DNA of 64,000 bases. Origin: Bacilli bacterium (GTDB lineage: Bacteria; Bacillota_I; Bacilli_A; RF39; UBA660). The stretch lies in the NCBI GenBank assembly GCA_017512495.1, contig JAFWGF010000049.1:5267-69266 (forward strand), written 5' to 3'. This document shows, piece by piece, positions 20,552-29,888 of the stretch (position 1 is its first letter; each line of letters begins with the position of its first letter). The position numbers were made by a program, and so were the translations under genes. The notes beneath the pieces are model-generated. The model had not been told where the DNA came from and searched no databases. It saw nothing but the letters and a program-made list of their open reading frames with translations.

Positions 20552-20845
20552 ATGGAAGAAGTTATTTATTATAATAATTTGTATGATTTTTATGGGAATT
20601 TATTAACAGAAAAACAAAGACAATATTTTGAAGATTATTATTTTAATAATCTAAGTTTTAGTGAAATGGCTGAAACCTATAATGTTAGTAGAAATGCTGT
20701 TTTTAAACAACTTCATATTGTTACTGACAAATTGGAGGAATATGAAAGTAAGTTAAAACTATTAGAAAAAAAAGAAAAACTACTTAAAGTAATTGATACA
20801 GTTACTGATAAAAAATTAAAAGAAAAACTAGAAGAATTAATATAG
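20552..20845 (+). CDS. ylxM: UPF0122 / YlxM putative HTH protein of the SRP operon
   Basis: LTEKQRQYFE...LSFSEMAE..NVSRNAV matches the YlxM sigma-region-4-like HTH family found between ftsY and ffh. Confidence 0.8.
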   Translation: MEEVIYYNNLYDFYGNLLTEKQRQYFEDYYFNNLSFSEMAETYNVSRNAVFKQLHIVTDKLEEYESKLKLLEKKEKLLKVIDTVTDKKLKEKLEELI

Positions 20846-20854
20846 GTGATATAG

Positions 20855-21283
20855 GTGTTTAAAGTAGGCAAGATAAAACAACTTCCAAATGAAGAAGTTA
20901 TAATAAAAAAAGTTAAGCATGAAGCAGCTCACTTTGAAAAAGGTAAAAGTATTTACAAAGATATAGAATCTTTATCATTCGCAGTATATAGTGATAATTA
21001 TTCTTTCAAATTTATGATGAAAGATCCTTTGAATAGTCTATTAGATATACCAATGAGAGAAAATATTGATTTTAAAGATTATCTTTTCACGGGAGAAACA
21101 TTTTTCAATATCAAAGATAAAACTAGTTATATGGATCCATGTATGGATATAAAAATATATAGATATCTTGAAAATAGTTATGAAATAACGGTTCATTTTG
21201 ATACTAGTGAACTAAATAGTATGGTTGATTATAATGGGTTTTTACAGTTTAGTTTTGATTTAAATGACTATTTAGATAAGTAG
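20855..21283 (+). CDS. Hypothetical 142-aa protein, no recognisable family. Contains one HEAAH string
   Basis: GTG start 9 nt after the ylxM stop. Followed by a terminator. Coding-like composition. Confidence 0.5.
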   Translation: MFKVGKIKQLPNEEVIIKKVKHEAAHFEKGKSIYKDIESLSFAVYSDNYSFKFMMKDPLNSLLDIPMRENIDFKDYLFTGETFFNIKDKTSYMDPCMDIKIYRYLENSYEITVHFDTSELNSMVDYNGFLQFSFDLNDYLDK

Positions 21284-21290
21284 TATTTTA

Positions 21291-21325
21291 CAAAGTATTA
21301 AATTAATACTTTGTTTTTTTTATTT
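21291..21325 (+). terminator. Intrinsic terminator
   Basis: caaagtattaa/ttaatactttg hairpin followed by T8. Confidence 0.6.
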
Positions 21326-21329
21326 TACC

Positions 21330-21358
21330 TTGAAAAAAGATACAAATATTAGTATAAT
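21330..21358 (+). promoter_or_regulatory. Near-consensus sigma-A promoter (TTGAAA-17-TATAAT) driving the HerA-like gene
   Basis: Hexamers and spacing read from the sequence. Confidence 0.55.
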
Positions 21359-21395
21359 CTATAGTATGATAGGTTAGTGTAAAGAGGGGATATTA

Positions 21396-23396
21396 ATGTT
21401 TGACAGAATAACTTATATTAGTGATGATTCTTGTACTGTTAAAATGCAAGAAAATGCAGAAATTACAATGAATTTAATGAACTTACACTTAGTATTTGAA
21501 GATAGTGAGAAGAAAATATTAGGTGAAGTAGATGATATGGATGGAGCTAATTTAAAGGCTAGATTCTTAGGTGAAATAGTTGGAGATAAACTAGTTGGTG
21601 GTACTATTAGAAAACCATCATTAGATGCAAAGATTAGAGTAATAGATCAATCTGAGATACCTTTAATTACTGGAGCAGATGTTAGTGGATTTATGAAATT
21701 AGGAGTAAGTCCATTCTATAATGATTTTCCAGTATTCTTAGATGTAAATAATTTCTTTAGTAATCATTTTGCAATCTTTGGTAATACTGGTTCAGGTAAA
21801 TCTTGTGGAACTACTCGTTTATTTCAAAATATGTTTCATGATCAAAGATTAAATCCATTCAAAGCTAATGTATTTATATTTGATTCATCTGGTGAGTATT
21901 ACAATGCTTTTTCTAATTTAAATAGTATTAATCCTAAATATAATTATCGTTATATTAGTACTAATGAAGTAGAAGGATTAGGAGAAAAGTTAAGATTACC
22001 GGTATATTTATTAAATAAAGATGATTTAGCTTTATTATTACAATGTACATCTCACTCACAATTACCTATTATTGAAAGAATGTTAAAACTTGCTTTAGTA
22101 TTTAGTCAAAATGATGTTGATTCTAATGCTTATAAAAATCACTTGATTGCTAAAGCAATTATGACAATTTTATATACTAATGAGACAGCACCTAATAAGA
22201 GAAATGAAATATTCTCTATCTTAGCTAGCTGTTCTACTCCAGAATTTAATTTGGAAGCACCTGTTCAAGGAATAGGTTATGTTCGTAAATTTAGAGAATG
22301 TTTCTTAATTGATAATTCTGGTAACTTTACTGAAAGTGTTTTAATGAATCAATACCTAGATTCATTTATCAAAGAAGAGTATGATGATTTTGAACCTAGT
22401 ACAGGAGTTTACTATAACTTAGATACTTTAGAAAAAGCTCTTAACTTTACTTTAATTAGTGAAGGTTGGTTAAGAAATGAACAAACTTATGGTGATTCAG
22501 TAACAATAAGAGTTAGATTACATGCTTTAATAGTTGGAGAAAATGCTAAATACTTTGATGTAGCTGATTATGTTTCTCTAGAGCAATATTTATCATCATT
22601 AGTTGTTCAAGATGGTAAAAAATATCAAATAGTTAATATTAACTTAAATGATATTGATGATGAATTTGCTAAAGTATTAACTAAGATTTATTCAAGATTA
22701 ATATTTGATTTCTGTAAAGGTTTAAAGGATAGAGCAAGTATTCCGTTCCATATAATTTTGGAAGAAGCTCATAGATATATTCAAAGTGACCATGATAGAT
22801 TCTTATTTGGTTATAATATCTTTGAAAGAATTGCTAAGGAAGGTCGTAAATATGGAGTTATCTTAGGAATAATCACTCAAAGACCGGTTGAACTTTCAGA
22901 TAATGTTATTTCACAATGTACAAACTTCTTAATCTTTAAGATTAACCACCCTATGGATATAGAGTATATTCGTAAGACGATACCGCATATTACAGATGAT
23001 ATTATTGAGAAACAAAAAGCTTTACAAGCTGGTACTTGTTTGGGATTTGGTTTAGGATTTAGAATTCCACTAATTGTTAGAATGGAAATGCCTGATCCAG
23101 CACCATTATCTGGAAACTGTGATGTTGTTACTATTTGGAATGGAGCTGGTAATTCATTAAGTGAACCTACACCAGCACCACAAGAAACACCTAGTACTCC
23201 ACAACAAACTCAAAGTGTTCCTCAAATAATGAGTGAACAAGGAGCTCAATCAAACGATGGAATTTCAACAGGATCTGTAGTTGAACAACAAGAAGAGCTA
23301 AGTGAAGATAATGGTCCTATTCCTGAAATAAATAATGAATCAGAAATTGGTCCTAAAATAGATAGTGGAGAACCTCTAATTCAATTCGTTGAATAG
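21396..23396 (+). CDS. HerA/FtsK-superfamily (DUF87-like) P-loop ATPase with an N-terminal HAS-barrel-like region and a ~110-aa disordered P/Q/S/E-rich C-terminal tail
   Basis: Walker A FGNTGSGKS, Walker B-like HIILEEAHRY, ITQRP...NHP arginine-finger/sensor segment. Beta-rich N-terminal ~95 aa. Confidence 0.7.
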   Translation: MFDRITYISDDSCTVKMQENAEITMNLMNLHLVFEDSEKKILGEVDDMDGANLKARFLGEIVGDKLVGGTIRKPSLDAKIRVIDQSEIPLITGADVSGFMKLGVSPFYNDFPVFLDVNNFFSNHFAIFGNTGSGKSCGTTRLFQNMFHDQRLNPFKANVFIFDSSGEYYNAFSNLNSINPKYNYRYISTNEVEGLGEKLRLPVYLLNKDDLALLLQCTSHSQLPIIERMLKLALVFSQNDVDSNAYKNHLIAKAIMTILYTNETAPNKRNEIFSILASCSTPEFNLEAPVQGIGYVRKFRECFLIDNSGNFTESVLMNQYLDSFIKEEYDDFEPSTGVYYNLDTLEKALNFTLISEGWLRNEQTYGDSVTIRVRLHALIVGENAKYFDVADYVSLEQYLSSLVVQDGKKYQIVNINLNDIDDEFAKVLTKIYSRLIFDFCKGLKDRASIPFHIILEEAHRYIQSDHDRFLFGYNIFERIAKEGRKYGVILGIITQRPVELSDNVISQCTNFLIFKINHPMDIEYIRKTIPHITDDIIEKQKALQAGTCLGFGLGFRIPLIVRMEMPDPAPLSGNCDVVTIWNGAGNSLSEPTPAPQETPSTPQQTQSVPQIMSEQGAQSNDGISTGSVVEQQEELSEDNGPIPEINNESEIGPKIDSGEPLIQFVE

Positions 23397-23398
23397 TT

Positions 23399-23428
23399 AA
23401 AATAGTGCTTTAACACTATTTTTCTTCA
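23399..23428 (+). terminator. Intrinsic terminator after the ATPase gene
   Basis: aatagtg-ctttaa-cactatt followed by a T-rich run. Confidence 0.5.
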
Positions 23429-23462
23429 GAATAAATATGTTATAATCGTAATAGGTGATTTT

Positions 23463-24770
23463 ATGTTTGAAAGTTTAGGCGATAGATTACAAAATGCATT
23501 GCATAAAATAAAAGGTTATGGAAAAATTACAGAAGAAAACATCTCAGAAATGATGAGAGAAATAAGATTAGCTCTATTAGAAGCAGATGTTAATTATCAA
23601 GTAGTTAAAGAATTTACTAGTAAAGTAAAAGAAAAAGCTCTTGGAGAAGAAGTTGCTTCTAGTATTAATCCGGGAGATTTATTTGTTAAAATTGTTAAAG
23701 ATGAATTAACTGAGTTACTAGGTGGAGAAAGTGAACCACTAAATATGAAAGGTAATCCTGCTACTTTAATGTTAGTAGGTCTTCAAGGTTCAGGTAAAAC
23801 TACTACTATTGCTAAGTTAGCTAATTTCTTGAGAAAGAAGCATAATAAAAAGCCTTTATTAGTAGCTTGTGATGTTTATAGACCAGCTGCTATTGATCAA
23901 TTAAAACAACTAGGTAAACAACTTAATATGGAAGTTTACGAAGAAGGAAAAAAGGATCCCGTAGAGATTGCTAAGAATGCTATTAATTATGCTAAGGAAA
24001 ACAAATTTGATTATGTTTTAATAGATACTGCTGGTAGATTACATATCGATGAAGAATTAATGCAAGAATTAGAAAATATTAATAAAGAAGTTAAACCTGA
24101 TGAAATTCTTTTAGTAATAGATTCTATGATGGGTCAAGATGCTATTAATGTAATTACTGGTTTTAATGATCAATTACCACTTACTGGAGTAATACTTACT
24201 AAATTAGATGGTGATACTAGAGGTGGTGTAGCTTTATCAGTTAGACATTTAACTAATGTACCAATTAAGTTTATTGGTGTATCTGAAAAGTTAGATGGTT
24301 TAGATTCTTTTGATCCTGAAAGAATGGCTGGAAGAATCTTAGGGATGGGAGATATAGTTTCTTTAGTTGAGAAGGCTACTGAAAGTATTGATGAAAAAGA
24401 AGCAGAAAAGACAGCTAAGAGAATGCAACAGGGTAAATTTGATTTAGAAGACTTTTTATCAACACTAAAACAAATGAAGAAATTAGGACCATTAGAAAAT
24501 TTAATTAAACTAATACCGGGAGCTAAAAAGATGGGACTTAATAATGTTCAAATAGATCCTAAACAAATGGCTCATATTGAAGCGATAGTCTTATCAATGA
24601 CTCCTAAAGAAAGACGTAATCCTGATATTATTAAAGCTAGTCGCAAGACTAGAATAGCTAAAGGAAGTGGAACTTCTGTACAAGAAGTAAATAAATTACT
24701 ACAACAATTTGATCAAATGAAGAAAATGATGAAACAAATGAGTAATGGAAATATGAAATTACCATTTTAG
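23463..24770 (+). CDS. ffh: Signal recognition particle protein Ffh
   Basis: NG domain GLQGSGKTTT, DTAGR, Met-rich M domain. Confidence 0.95.
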   Translation: MFESLGDRLQNALHKIKGYGKITEENISEMMREIRLALLEADVNYQVVKEFTSKVKEKALGEEVASSINPGDLFVKIVKDELTELLGGESEPLNMKGNPATLMLVGLQGSGKTTTIAKLANFLRKKHNKKPLLVACDVYRPAAIDQLKQLGKQLNMEVYEEGKKDPVEIAKNAINYAKENKFDYVLIDTAGRLHIDEELMQELENINKEVKPDEILLVIDSMMGQDAINVITGFNDQLPLTGVILTKLDGDTRGGVALSVRHLTNVPIKFIGVSEKLDGLDSFDPERMAGRILGMGDIVSLVEKATESIDEKEAEKTAKRMQQGKFDLEDFLSTLKQMKKLGPLENLIKLIPGAKKMGLNNVQIDPKQMAHIEAIVLSMTPKERRNPDIIKASRKTRIAKGSGTSVQEVNKLLQQFDQMKKMMKQMSNGNMKLPF

Positions 24771-24779
24771 GGAGGAAAT

Positions 24780-24965
24780 ATGAAAGAATTTATTAAAAAA
24801 ATTAGTAAAGGCTCAAAAGCAGCATTATTTTTAGAAATTTTGCTATTAGCTCAAGTGATTTTCTATGTTTATACATATGTAGGTATTCCAGAATGTAACC
24901 ATGATAATCATCAATATCCTGGACATATTACAGATTACAGTGGTGGTGATAATTATGGCAAATAA
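24780..24965 (+). CDS. Small hypothetical membrane protein (61 aa)
   Basis: Strong RBS GGGAGG + ATG. One TM. Confidence 0.4.
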   Translation: MKEFIKKISKGSKAALFLEILLLAQVIFYVYTYVGIPECNHDNHQYPGHITDYSGGDNYGK

Positions 24966-25635
24966 AGATGTTAAACAAAAAAATAGTGCAGGAAGATTAA
25001 TTACAATACTTATTGTTTTAAATTTACTTGCTCCAATTGTTTTCTTTTGGCTTATATGGCCTGCTATTAGATGTAGTATAAATACTCAATGGAAGCCTAT
25101 TATTTATGTTTATCCTACAGAAGATACTGATGTAACAATAAAAGTATCTAATCCTGATGATTTAACTACTACTTATCCTAAATATAATAATGAATGGAAA
25201 GTAAAAGCATTAACTGATGGTACTTTAATAGATAGTAATAATAAAAAATATTATGCATTATATTGGGAAAGTGAGAATAATAAAAAGAATCCTATTAAAG
25301 AAGATGGCTTTGTAGTAAAAGGTGAAGATAGTGCTAGCTTCTTAGAAAAGAAATTAGAAATATTAGGATTAAATTATAAAGAACGTAATGAATTTATAAT
25401 GTATTGGTTACCTAAATTAGAAAGTAATAAATATAACTATATTAGATTCCAAACAATGGATGAAATTAATGATGATATGGGACTTGATATTGATCCTAAA
25501 CCAGATACATTAATTAGAGTAAGAATGGAATATAAATCATTGGATAAGAAAGTTAAAGTAAAAGAGCAAAAACTTTCTAAAGTAGAAAGAACTGGTTATA
25601 CAGTAGTAGAATGGGGAGGAACTAATATTAATTAG
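24955..25635 (+). CDS. Hypothetical membrane-anchored protein
   Basis: Start ATG 24955 (MANKDV). N-terminal TM. Confidence 0.5.
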   Translation: MANKDVKQKNSAGRLITILIVLNLLAPIVFFWLIWPAIRCSINTQWKPIIYVYPTEDTDVTIKVSNPDDLTTTYPKYNNEWKVKALTDGTLIDSNNKKYYALYWESENNKKNPIKEDGFVVKGEDSASFLEKKLEILGLNYKERNEFIMYWLPKLESNKYNYIRFQTMDEINDDMGLDIDPKPDTLIRVRMEYKSLDKKVKVKEQKLSKVERTGYTVVEWGGTNIN

Positions 25636-25679
25636 TTCCTTTTTTATTTAATAATCATAAGATATTTTAGGAGGTATTT

Positions 25680-25991
25680 ATGTATAATAATGATTTATTT
25701 CAAAATATGAATATGGAAAATACTGTAACGGGTAATAATAATTATATTAATAATGAGATGGATGTTGATGTCAATATGATGAATAATAATATGGGACCAG
25801 TTACTGGTGAAGGTGTAAAAGAAAGAATAATCAACAGGACTTTTGTTCATGAAGTTCCTCATACTTGTCCTATTCATACTCGTATTATTAATCACCACGT
25901 CTATAAACATACATATAGACCAGTATATACTTGTTCAGAAGAAAATGTTTGTAGCAATGTTCAATGTGGCTCTTGCTGTCAATTTAACTAA
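25680..25991 (+). CDS. CotD-like (inner spore coat protein D family) His/Cys-rich protein
   Basis: N/M-rich N-terminus, then HEVPHTCPIHTRIINHHVYKHTY...CxxxxCxxC resembling CotD-family repeats. Terminator at 25991-26015. Confidence 0.5.
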   Translation: MYNNDLFQNMNMENTVTGNNNYINNEMDVDVNMMNNNMGPVTGEGVKERIINRTFVHEVPHTCPIHTRIINHHVYKHTYRPVYTCSEENVCSNVQCGSCCQFN

Positions 25992-26100
25992 GTGCGTAAA
26001 GACGCACTTTTTAATGTTGTAAATATATTTGTCTAATTGTGTCTATTTACTTGTTATTTTACATTAACTAGTTTATTCTAATAATAGGGAGTGTGATATA

Positions 26101-26298
26101 ATGATTTATCCTTCAATAGACAAATTATTAAATATAGTCGATTCCAAATATGAACTAGTACATATAGCCGCTAGAAGAAGTAAACAAATTGCCAAAGAGG
26201 GATATCTACAAATGCCTGAATCCGAGTACAAGAGTAAAAAGAATATTGGAAGGGCCCTAGAAGAGGTTTCAGAAGGACTTATCGATGTAAAAAGATAG
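26101..26298 (+). CDS. rpoZ: DNA-directed RNA polymerase subunit omega
   Basis: MIYPSIDKLLNIVDSKYELVHIAARRSKQI matches the RpoZ N-terminus. Confidence 0.8.
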   Translation: MIYPSIDKLLNIVDSKYELVHIAARRSKQIAKEGYLQMPESEYKSKKNIGRALEEVSEGLIDVKR

Positions 26299-26349
26299 TT
26301 CACTCAACTGAAATCTTTTTTTATGCTATAATATTTATAGGTGATTATC

Positions 26350-27108
26350 TTGAAAATAATTAAGTATAAAAAAGGAACTAAAGGTAAATATAAAATATTT
26401 TTAGATAATGATAATACGATAGTTTTATATGAAGATGTTATTTTAAAATATAATTTATTATTAACAAAAGAAATAGATGAAAAATTGTTAATTGAGATAG
26501 ATAAATATAATCAAGAGTGTGATGTTTACTATATAGCTCTAACTAGTATTAATAATCGTTTTAAAAGTACTTATGAACTTAGACAGTTTCTAATAAAAAA
26601 AGAATATCCTGAAGATTTAATTGACAAAGCAATTGATAAGCTATTAAAACAAGGCTATTTAAATGATCGAATGTATGCGAGAAGTTATATTAATAATCAA
26701 TTAATTACTACTAATAAGGGACCTTATAAGATAAGAAAAGAATTAAGTGAAAAGAAAATTGATTCAGATATTATTGAAGATGAAATAGAACTATATACTG
26801 ATGAAAAACAAACTAATAAAATAAAGAAGTTAATTGAGAAGGGTATAAAAACTAATCATAATCGAGGAGGAGTAGTATTAAAACAAAAAATATATAATGA
26901 TTTAAAACTTAATGGTTATGATATTAATCTAATAAATAGTATTATTAATGATTATTCATTTGAAAATAATCAAGATATAGCTAAAAAAGAGTATGATAAA
27001 TTATATCGTAAGTATAGTAGAAAATATAGTGGTTCAGAATTAGAAAAAGTGATTAAGGAAAAATTATATCAGAGAGGGTTAAAATATGAAGAAGATGAAC
27101 GAGAATAA
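26350..27108 (+). CDS. recX: RecX-family regulatory protein
   Basis: RecX-like three-repeat helical sequence. The start is probably TTG 26350 (AGGTGA RBS). The track's GTG 26341 lies inside the RBS. Confidence 0.65.
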   Translation: MKIIKYKKGTKGKYKIFLDNDNTIVLYEDVILKYNLLLTKEIDEKLLIEIDKYNQECDVYYIALTSINNRFKSTYELRQFLIKKEYPEDLIDKAIDKLLKQGYLNDRMYARSYINNQLITTNKGPYKIRKELSEKKIDSDIIEDEIELYTDEKQTNKIKKLIEKGIKTNHNRGGVVLKQKIYNDLKLNGYDINLINSIINDYSFENNQDIAKKEYDKLYRKYSRKYSGSELEKVIKEKLYQRGLKYEEDERE

Positions 27109-28504
27109 AAAAACTTTTATAGCATTAACTATTTATGTTATTTGTATGTCTTTATTTTTACTTGTGACTATGAGAAGTGAAAGTGATTATTATTGGCATA
27201 TTAAAGCAGGAGAATACATGTTTAATCATGGAATTCTAAAGAAAGATGTTTTTTCTTGGTACTTATATGGTAAATACTGGATGAGTCATGAATGGTTATT
27301 TGAAATCATCTTGTATTCTTTTAAATTAGTATTTGGTAGTGCTCATTTGCTAGTATATGGATTTGTATGTATGTGTAGTCTTCAATTTATTATGTTTCTT
27401 GCTAATAAAGAAGGATATTTAAAAAATGTTAATTTTAGTATGATTTGGATTACATTATCCATGATTTTAATAGTTTTTATGCAAGGAAGACCTCATTTAA
27501 TTAGTTTTAATCTTTTAGCACTTACAATTTGGTTTTTATATGATACTTATCGGAATGAAGATTCTAAATTAATTTATTTTTTACCATTAATTTCTATTAT
27601 TTGGGCTAATGTTCATGGAGGATCAAGTAATCTTACTTATATATTCTGTTTTATATTCTTAATAGTTGGATTATTTAATTTTAATAGACCAAAAATATAT
27701 ATGAACAGATTATCTAAAAAGCAAATGCTTAAATACTCAATTGTTGCTATTGTTTGTATGCTTTGTGTTAATATTAATATTCATGGCTTTAAGATGTTTG
27801 TTTATCCATATCAAAATATGATGAATAAAGTCATGATTAGTAATATAGCTGAATGGCTTCCTACTAATTTAAACTATCCTGGACATTGGGTATATGTGCT
27901 TGTTGTAGTGTTTATTTTCTTTGTAATGATATTTAGTAAAAAGAAAATATCTTTCATAGACTTAGCATTATTTGGTATATCAATTGTACTAGGATTTAAA
28001 AATATTCGTTTCTGGGGATATACATATATAATTATGAGTTTTGTAATATTTAATTATGTTGGTAAAAGAAAATTAGATATTGGGACTAATACGATTTTAA
28101 TTATAGTTAGTGTAATGCTGGTTGCTTTTTTCTGCCTTAGTACAAATAATATTCATAAGCAATTAAATAGCGGATATCTAGTAAAAAAAGATATTGAAGC
28201 AATAAAAAAAGTAAAACCTAAAAGATTATTTAATATGTATAATTATGGTGGAGAATTAATATATAATGATATACCCGTCTTCATTGATGGTCGTGCTGAT
28301 TTATATTCTAATTATAATTATTTAGATTATTTGTCTATTTCTGACTTAAGAGTAAATTATATAGATTTGATAGAAAAATATGATTTTGATTATTTATTAG
28401 TTAGCAATCAATATTCTATTGATACATATTTAAAAAATAACTCAGATTATGAACAAATCTATGAGAATAAAGAGATAATATTATATAAAAAAATAGTTAA
28501 CTAA
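27086..28504 (+). CDS. Polytopic membrane protein, possibly a GT-C-type glycosyltransferase
   Basis: About 12 predicted TM helices. Acidic residues (ESDYYWH) in the first loop. No firm family assignment. Confidence 0.4.
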   Translation: MKKMNENKKTFIALTIYVICMSLFLLVTMRSESDYYWHIKAGEYMFNHGILKKDVFSWYLYGKYWMSHEWLFEIILYSFKLVFGSAHLLVYGFVCMCSLQFIMFLANKEGYLKNVNFSMIWITLSMILIVFMQGRPHLISFNLLALTIWFLYDTYRNEDSKLIYFLPLISIIWANVHGGSSNLTYIFCFIFLIVGLFNFNRPKIYMNRLSKKQMLKYSIVAIVCMLCVNINIHGFKMFVYPYQNMMNKVMISNIAEWLPTNLNYPGHWVYVLVVVFIFFVMIFSKKKISFIDLALFGISIVLGFKNIRFWGYTYIIMSFVIFNYVGKRKLDIGTNTILIIVSVMLVAFFCLSTNNIHKQLNSGYLVKKDIEAIKKVKPKRLFNMYNYGGELIYNDIPVFIDGRADLYSNYNYLDYLSISDLRVNYIDLIEKYDFDYLLVSNQYSIDTYLKNNSDYEQIYENKEIILYKKIVN

Positions 28505-28507
28505 ATG

Positions 28508-29521
28508 TTAACTATTTTGTTGTGAATTTGCTGCTTCTATAGCACTAGTTATTAAATCACTTATATAATCATCATATGCTTTCTTTAATGAGTCATCATT
28601 CCATTTGATTTTATTATCTTCTCTAAATCCTTTTAGAGCAGTATAGTATATAGTATTATCTTCACTCATTTTTTGATCTTTAATTTTTTCAATAATATCT
28701 TTTTTAATTGTTTTTAATTTAGCTTTAGATTTTTCTCCAGTTTTTAATATAATGTGATATCCATATTCAGTTTTAACTGGTTCTTTAGTATATTCGTTTT
28801 TCTTTAATGTTTTAACAGCATCAGAGAATTCAGTAACCATTTCATCTAAATTGAAATATCCTAAATCTCCACCATTAACAGCATTAGTTTTATCATCAGA
28901 ATACTTTTTAGCTAAATCAGCAAATTTCTTACCACTATCTAATTCTTTAATAATCTTTTTAGCTTTCTTTAATGCTTTTTCTTCAGCTGCCTTTTTATCT
29001 TCTTCTTTAGCATCATCTTTTACATTGATTGATATTAAGATATGACTAGCTTTTACTTCACCAAAAATCTTTTCATCATAATATTTTTTTATTTCACTAT
29101 CTTTGATATTTTTCTTAATGTAGTCTTCAACAGCTAATTTTCTCTTATACTCTAGTTTTAAATTTTCTCTTAATTCTTTTTCACTATCAGCACCAAAGTA
29201 CTGCTTTAACATACTATTATAAGTGTTTTCATCACTACCATAATATGATTTGATTTGCTCTATCTGCTTATCGATAGCTTCTGTTTCTTTATCATCAGTT
29301 TTATATTTCTTCTCTAATAAATCTTTATCAATCATATCTACTAACTTAGAAATATTATCTTTTTTTATTTTATTATAATATTCAGTTGCGGTGTATTTTT
29401 GTTCTTTAGTAGATACTGCTACTTTAGAACCGTTTTTTACAGCTATTTCCTTTCCACATCCAGTAACTAAAATTGTTACTAATAATAGTCCAATTGCATA
29501 TAATAATTTTTTATTTTTCAT
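28508..29521 (-). CDS. prsA: Foldase PrsA (parvulin-type PPIase lipoprotein)
   Basis: Lipobox LLVTILVTGCG. Parvulin domain (ASHILI...GGDLGYF...GYHII). Start moved to MKNKKLL (GGAGG RBS). Confidence 0.8.
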   Translation of the reverse strand: MKNKKLLYAIGLLLVTILVTGCGKEIAVKNGSKVAVSTKEQKYTATEYYNKIKKDNISKLVDMIDKDLLEKKYKTDDKETEAIDKQIEQIKSYYGSDENTYNSMLKQYFGADSEKELRENLKLEYKRKLAVEDYIKKNIKDSEIKKYYDEKIFGEVKASHILISINVKDDAKEEDKKAAEEKALKKAKKIIKELDSGKKFADLAKKYSDDKTNAVNGGDLGYFNLDEMVTEFSDAVKTLKKNEYTKEPVKTEYGYHIILKTGEKSKAKLKTIKKDIIEKIKDQKMSEDNTIYYTALKGFREDNKIKWNDDSLKKAYDDYISDLITSAIEAANSQQNS

Positions 29522-29653
29522 TTTTCTTCCTCCTGTACACATAAAATATAATAACAAAAAAACTTTTTTCTTGCAATAAAATGATATATATATGAACATA
29601 TTTTTAGTTTTACCATACAATATCATGAAAGTAATTAAAAAGGAGGAATAAAT

Positions 29654-29740
29654 ATGACTAATTGTGGATCAACTTCAACTGGTGCGATTATACTTGTTTT
29701 ATTTATACTTTTAATCATTATTCTAGGTTCTTATATTTAA
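29654..29740 (+). CDS. YjcZ-like small hydrophobic sporulation-family peptide (28 aa: MTNCGSTSTGAIILVLFILLIIILGSYI)
   Basis: Not in the ORF track. AGGAGG RBS 7 nt upstream. Gly/Ser N-terminus plus a LVLFILLII core, typical of the YjcZ family. Confidence 0.5.
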   Translation: MTNCGSTSTGAIILVLFILLIIILGSYI

Positions 29741-29752
29741 GGAGGTGTTTTA

Positions 29753-29857
29753 ATGGCTTGTTCAAATGATAATCATACTTCTAGAGGTAATGGCTTATTT
29801 ATAACAATAATATTATACATTTTATTAGCTATTATTCTTAGCGGTTCACTTCATTAA
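29753..29857 (+). CDS. Second tandem YjcZ-like small hydrophobic peptide (34 aa)
   Basis: GGAGGTG RBS. MACSNDNHTSRGNGLFITIILYILLAIILSGSLH. Confidence 0.45.
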   Translation: MACSNDNHTSRGNGLFITIILYILLAIILSGSLH

Positions 29858-29888
29858 AAAAATACCAATATTGGTATTTTCTTTTTTT
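29857..29888. terminator. Bidirectional terminator hairpin
   Basis: aaaataccaa-ta-ttggtatttt flanked by A and T runs. Confidence 0.5.

Noticed and set aside
26341-26349. Track-proposed GTG start of recX, and similar GTG/TTG starts at 19052, 43117, 46664, 8403.
   Set aside because: These codons lie inside the AGGTGAT Shine-Dalgarno itself. The ATG or TTG 5-9 nt downstream is the more plausible start.
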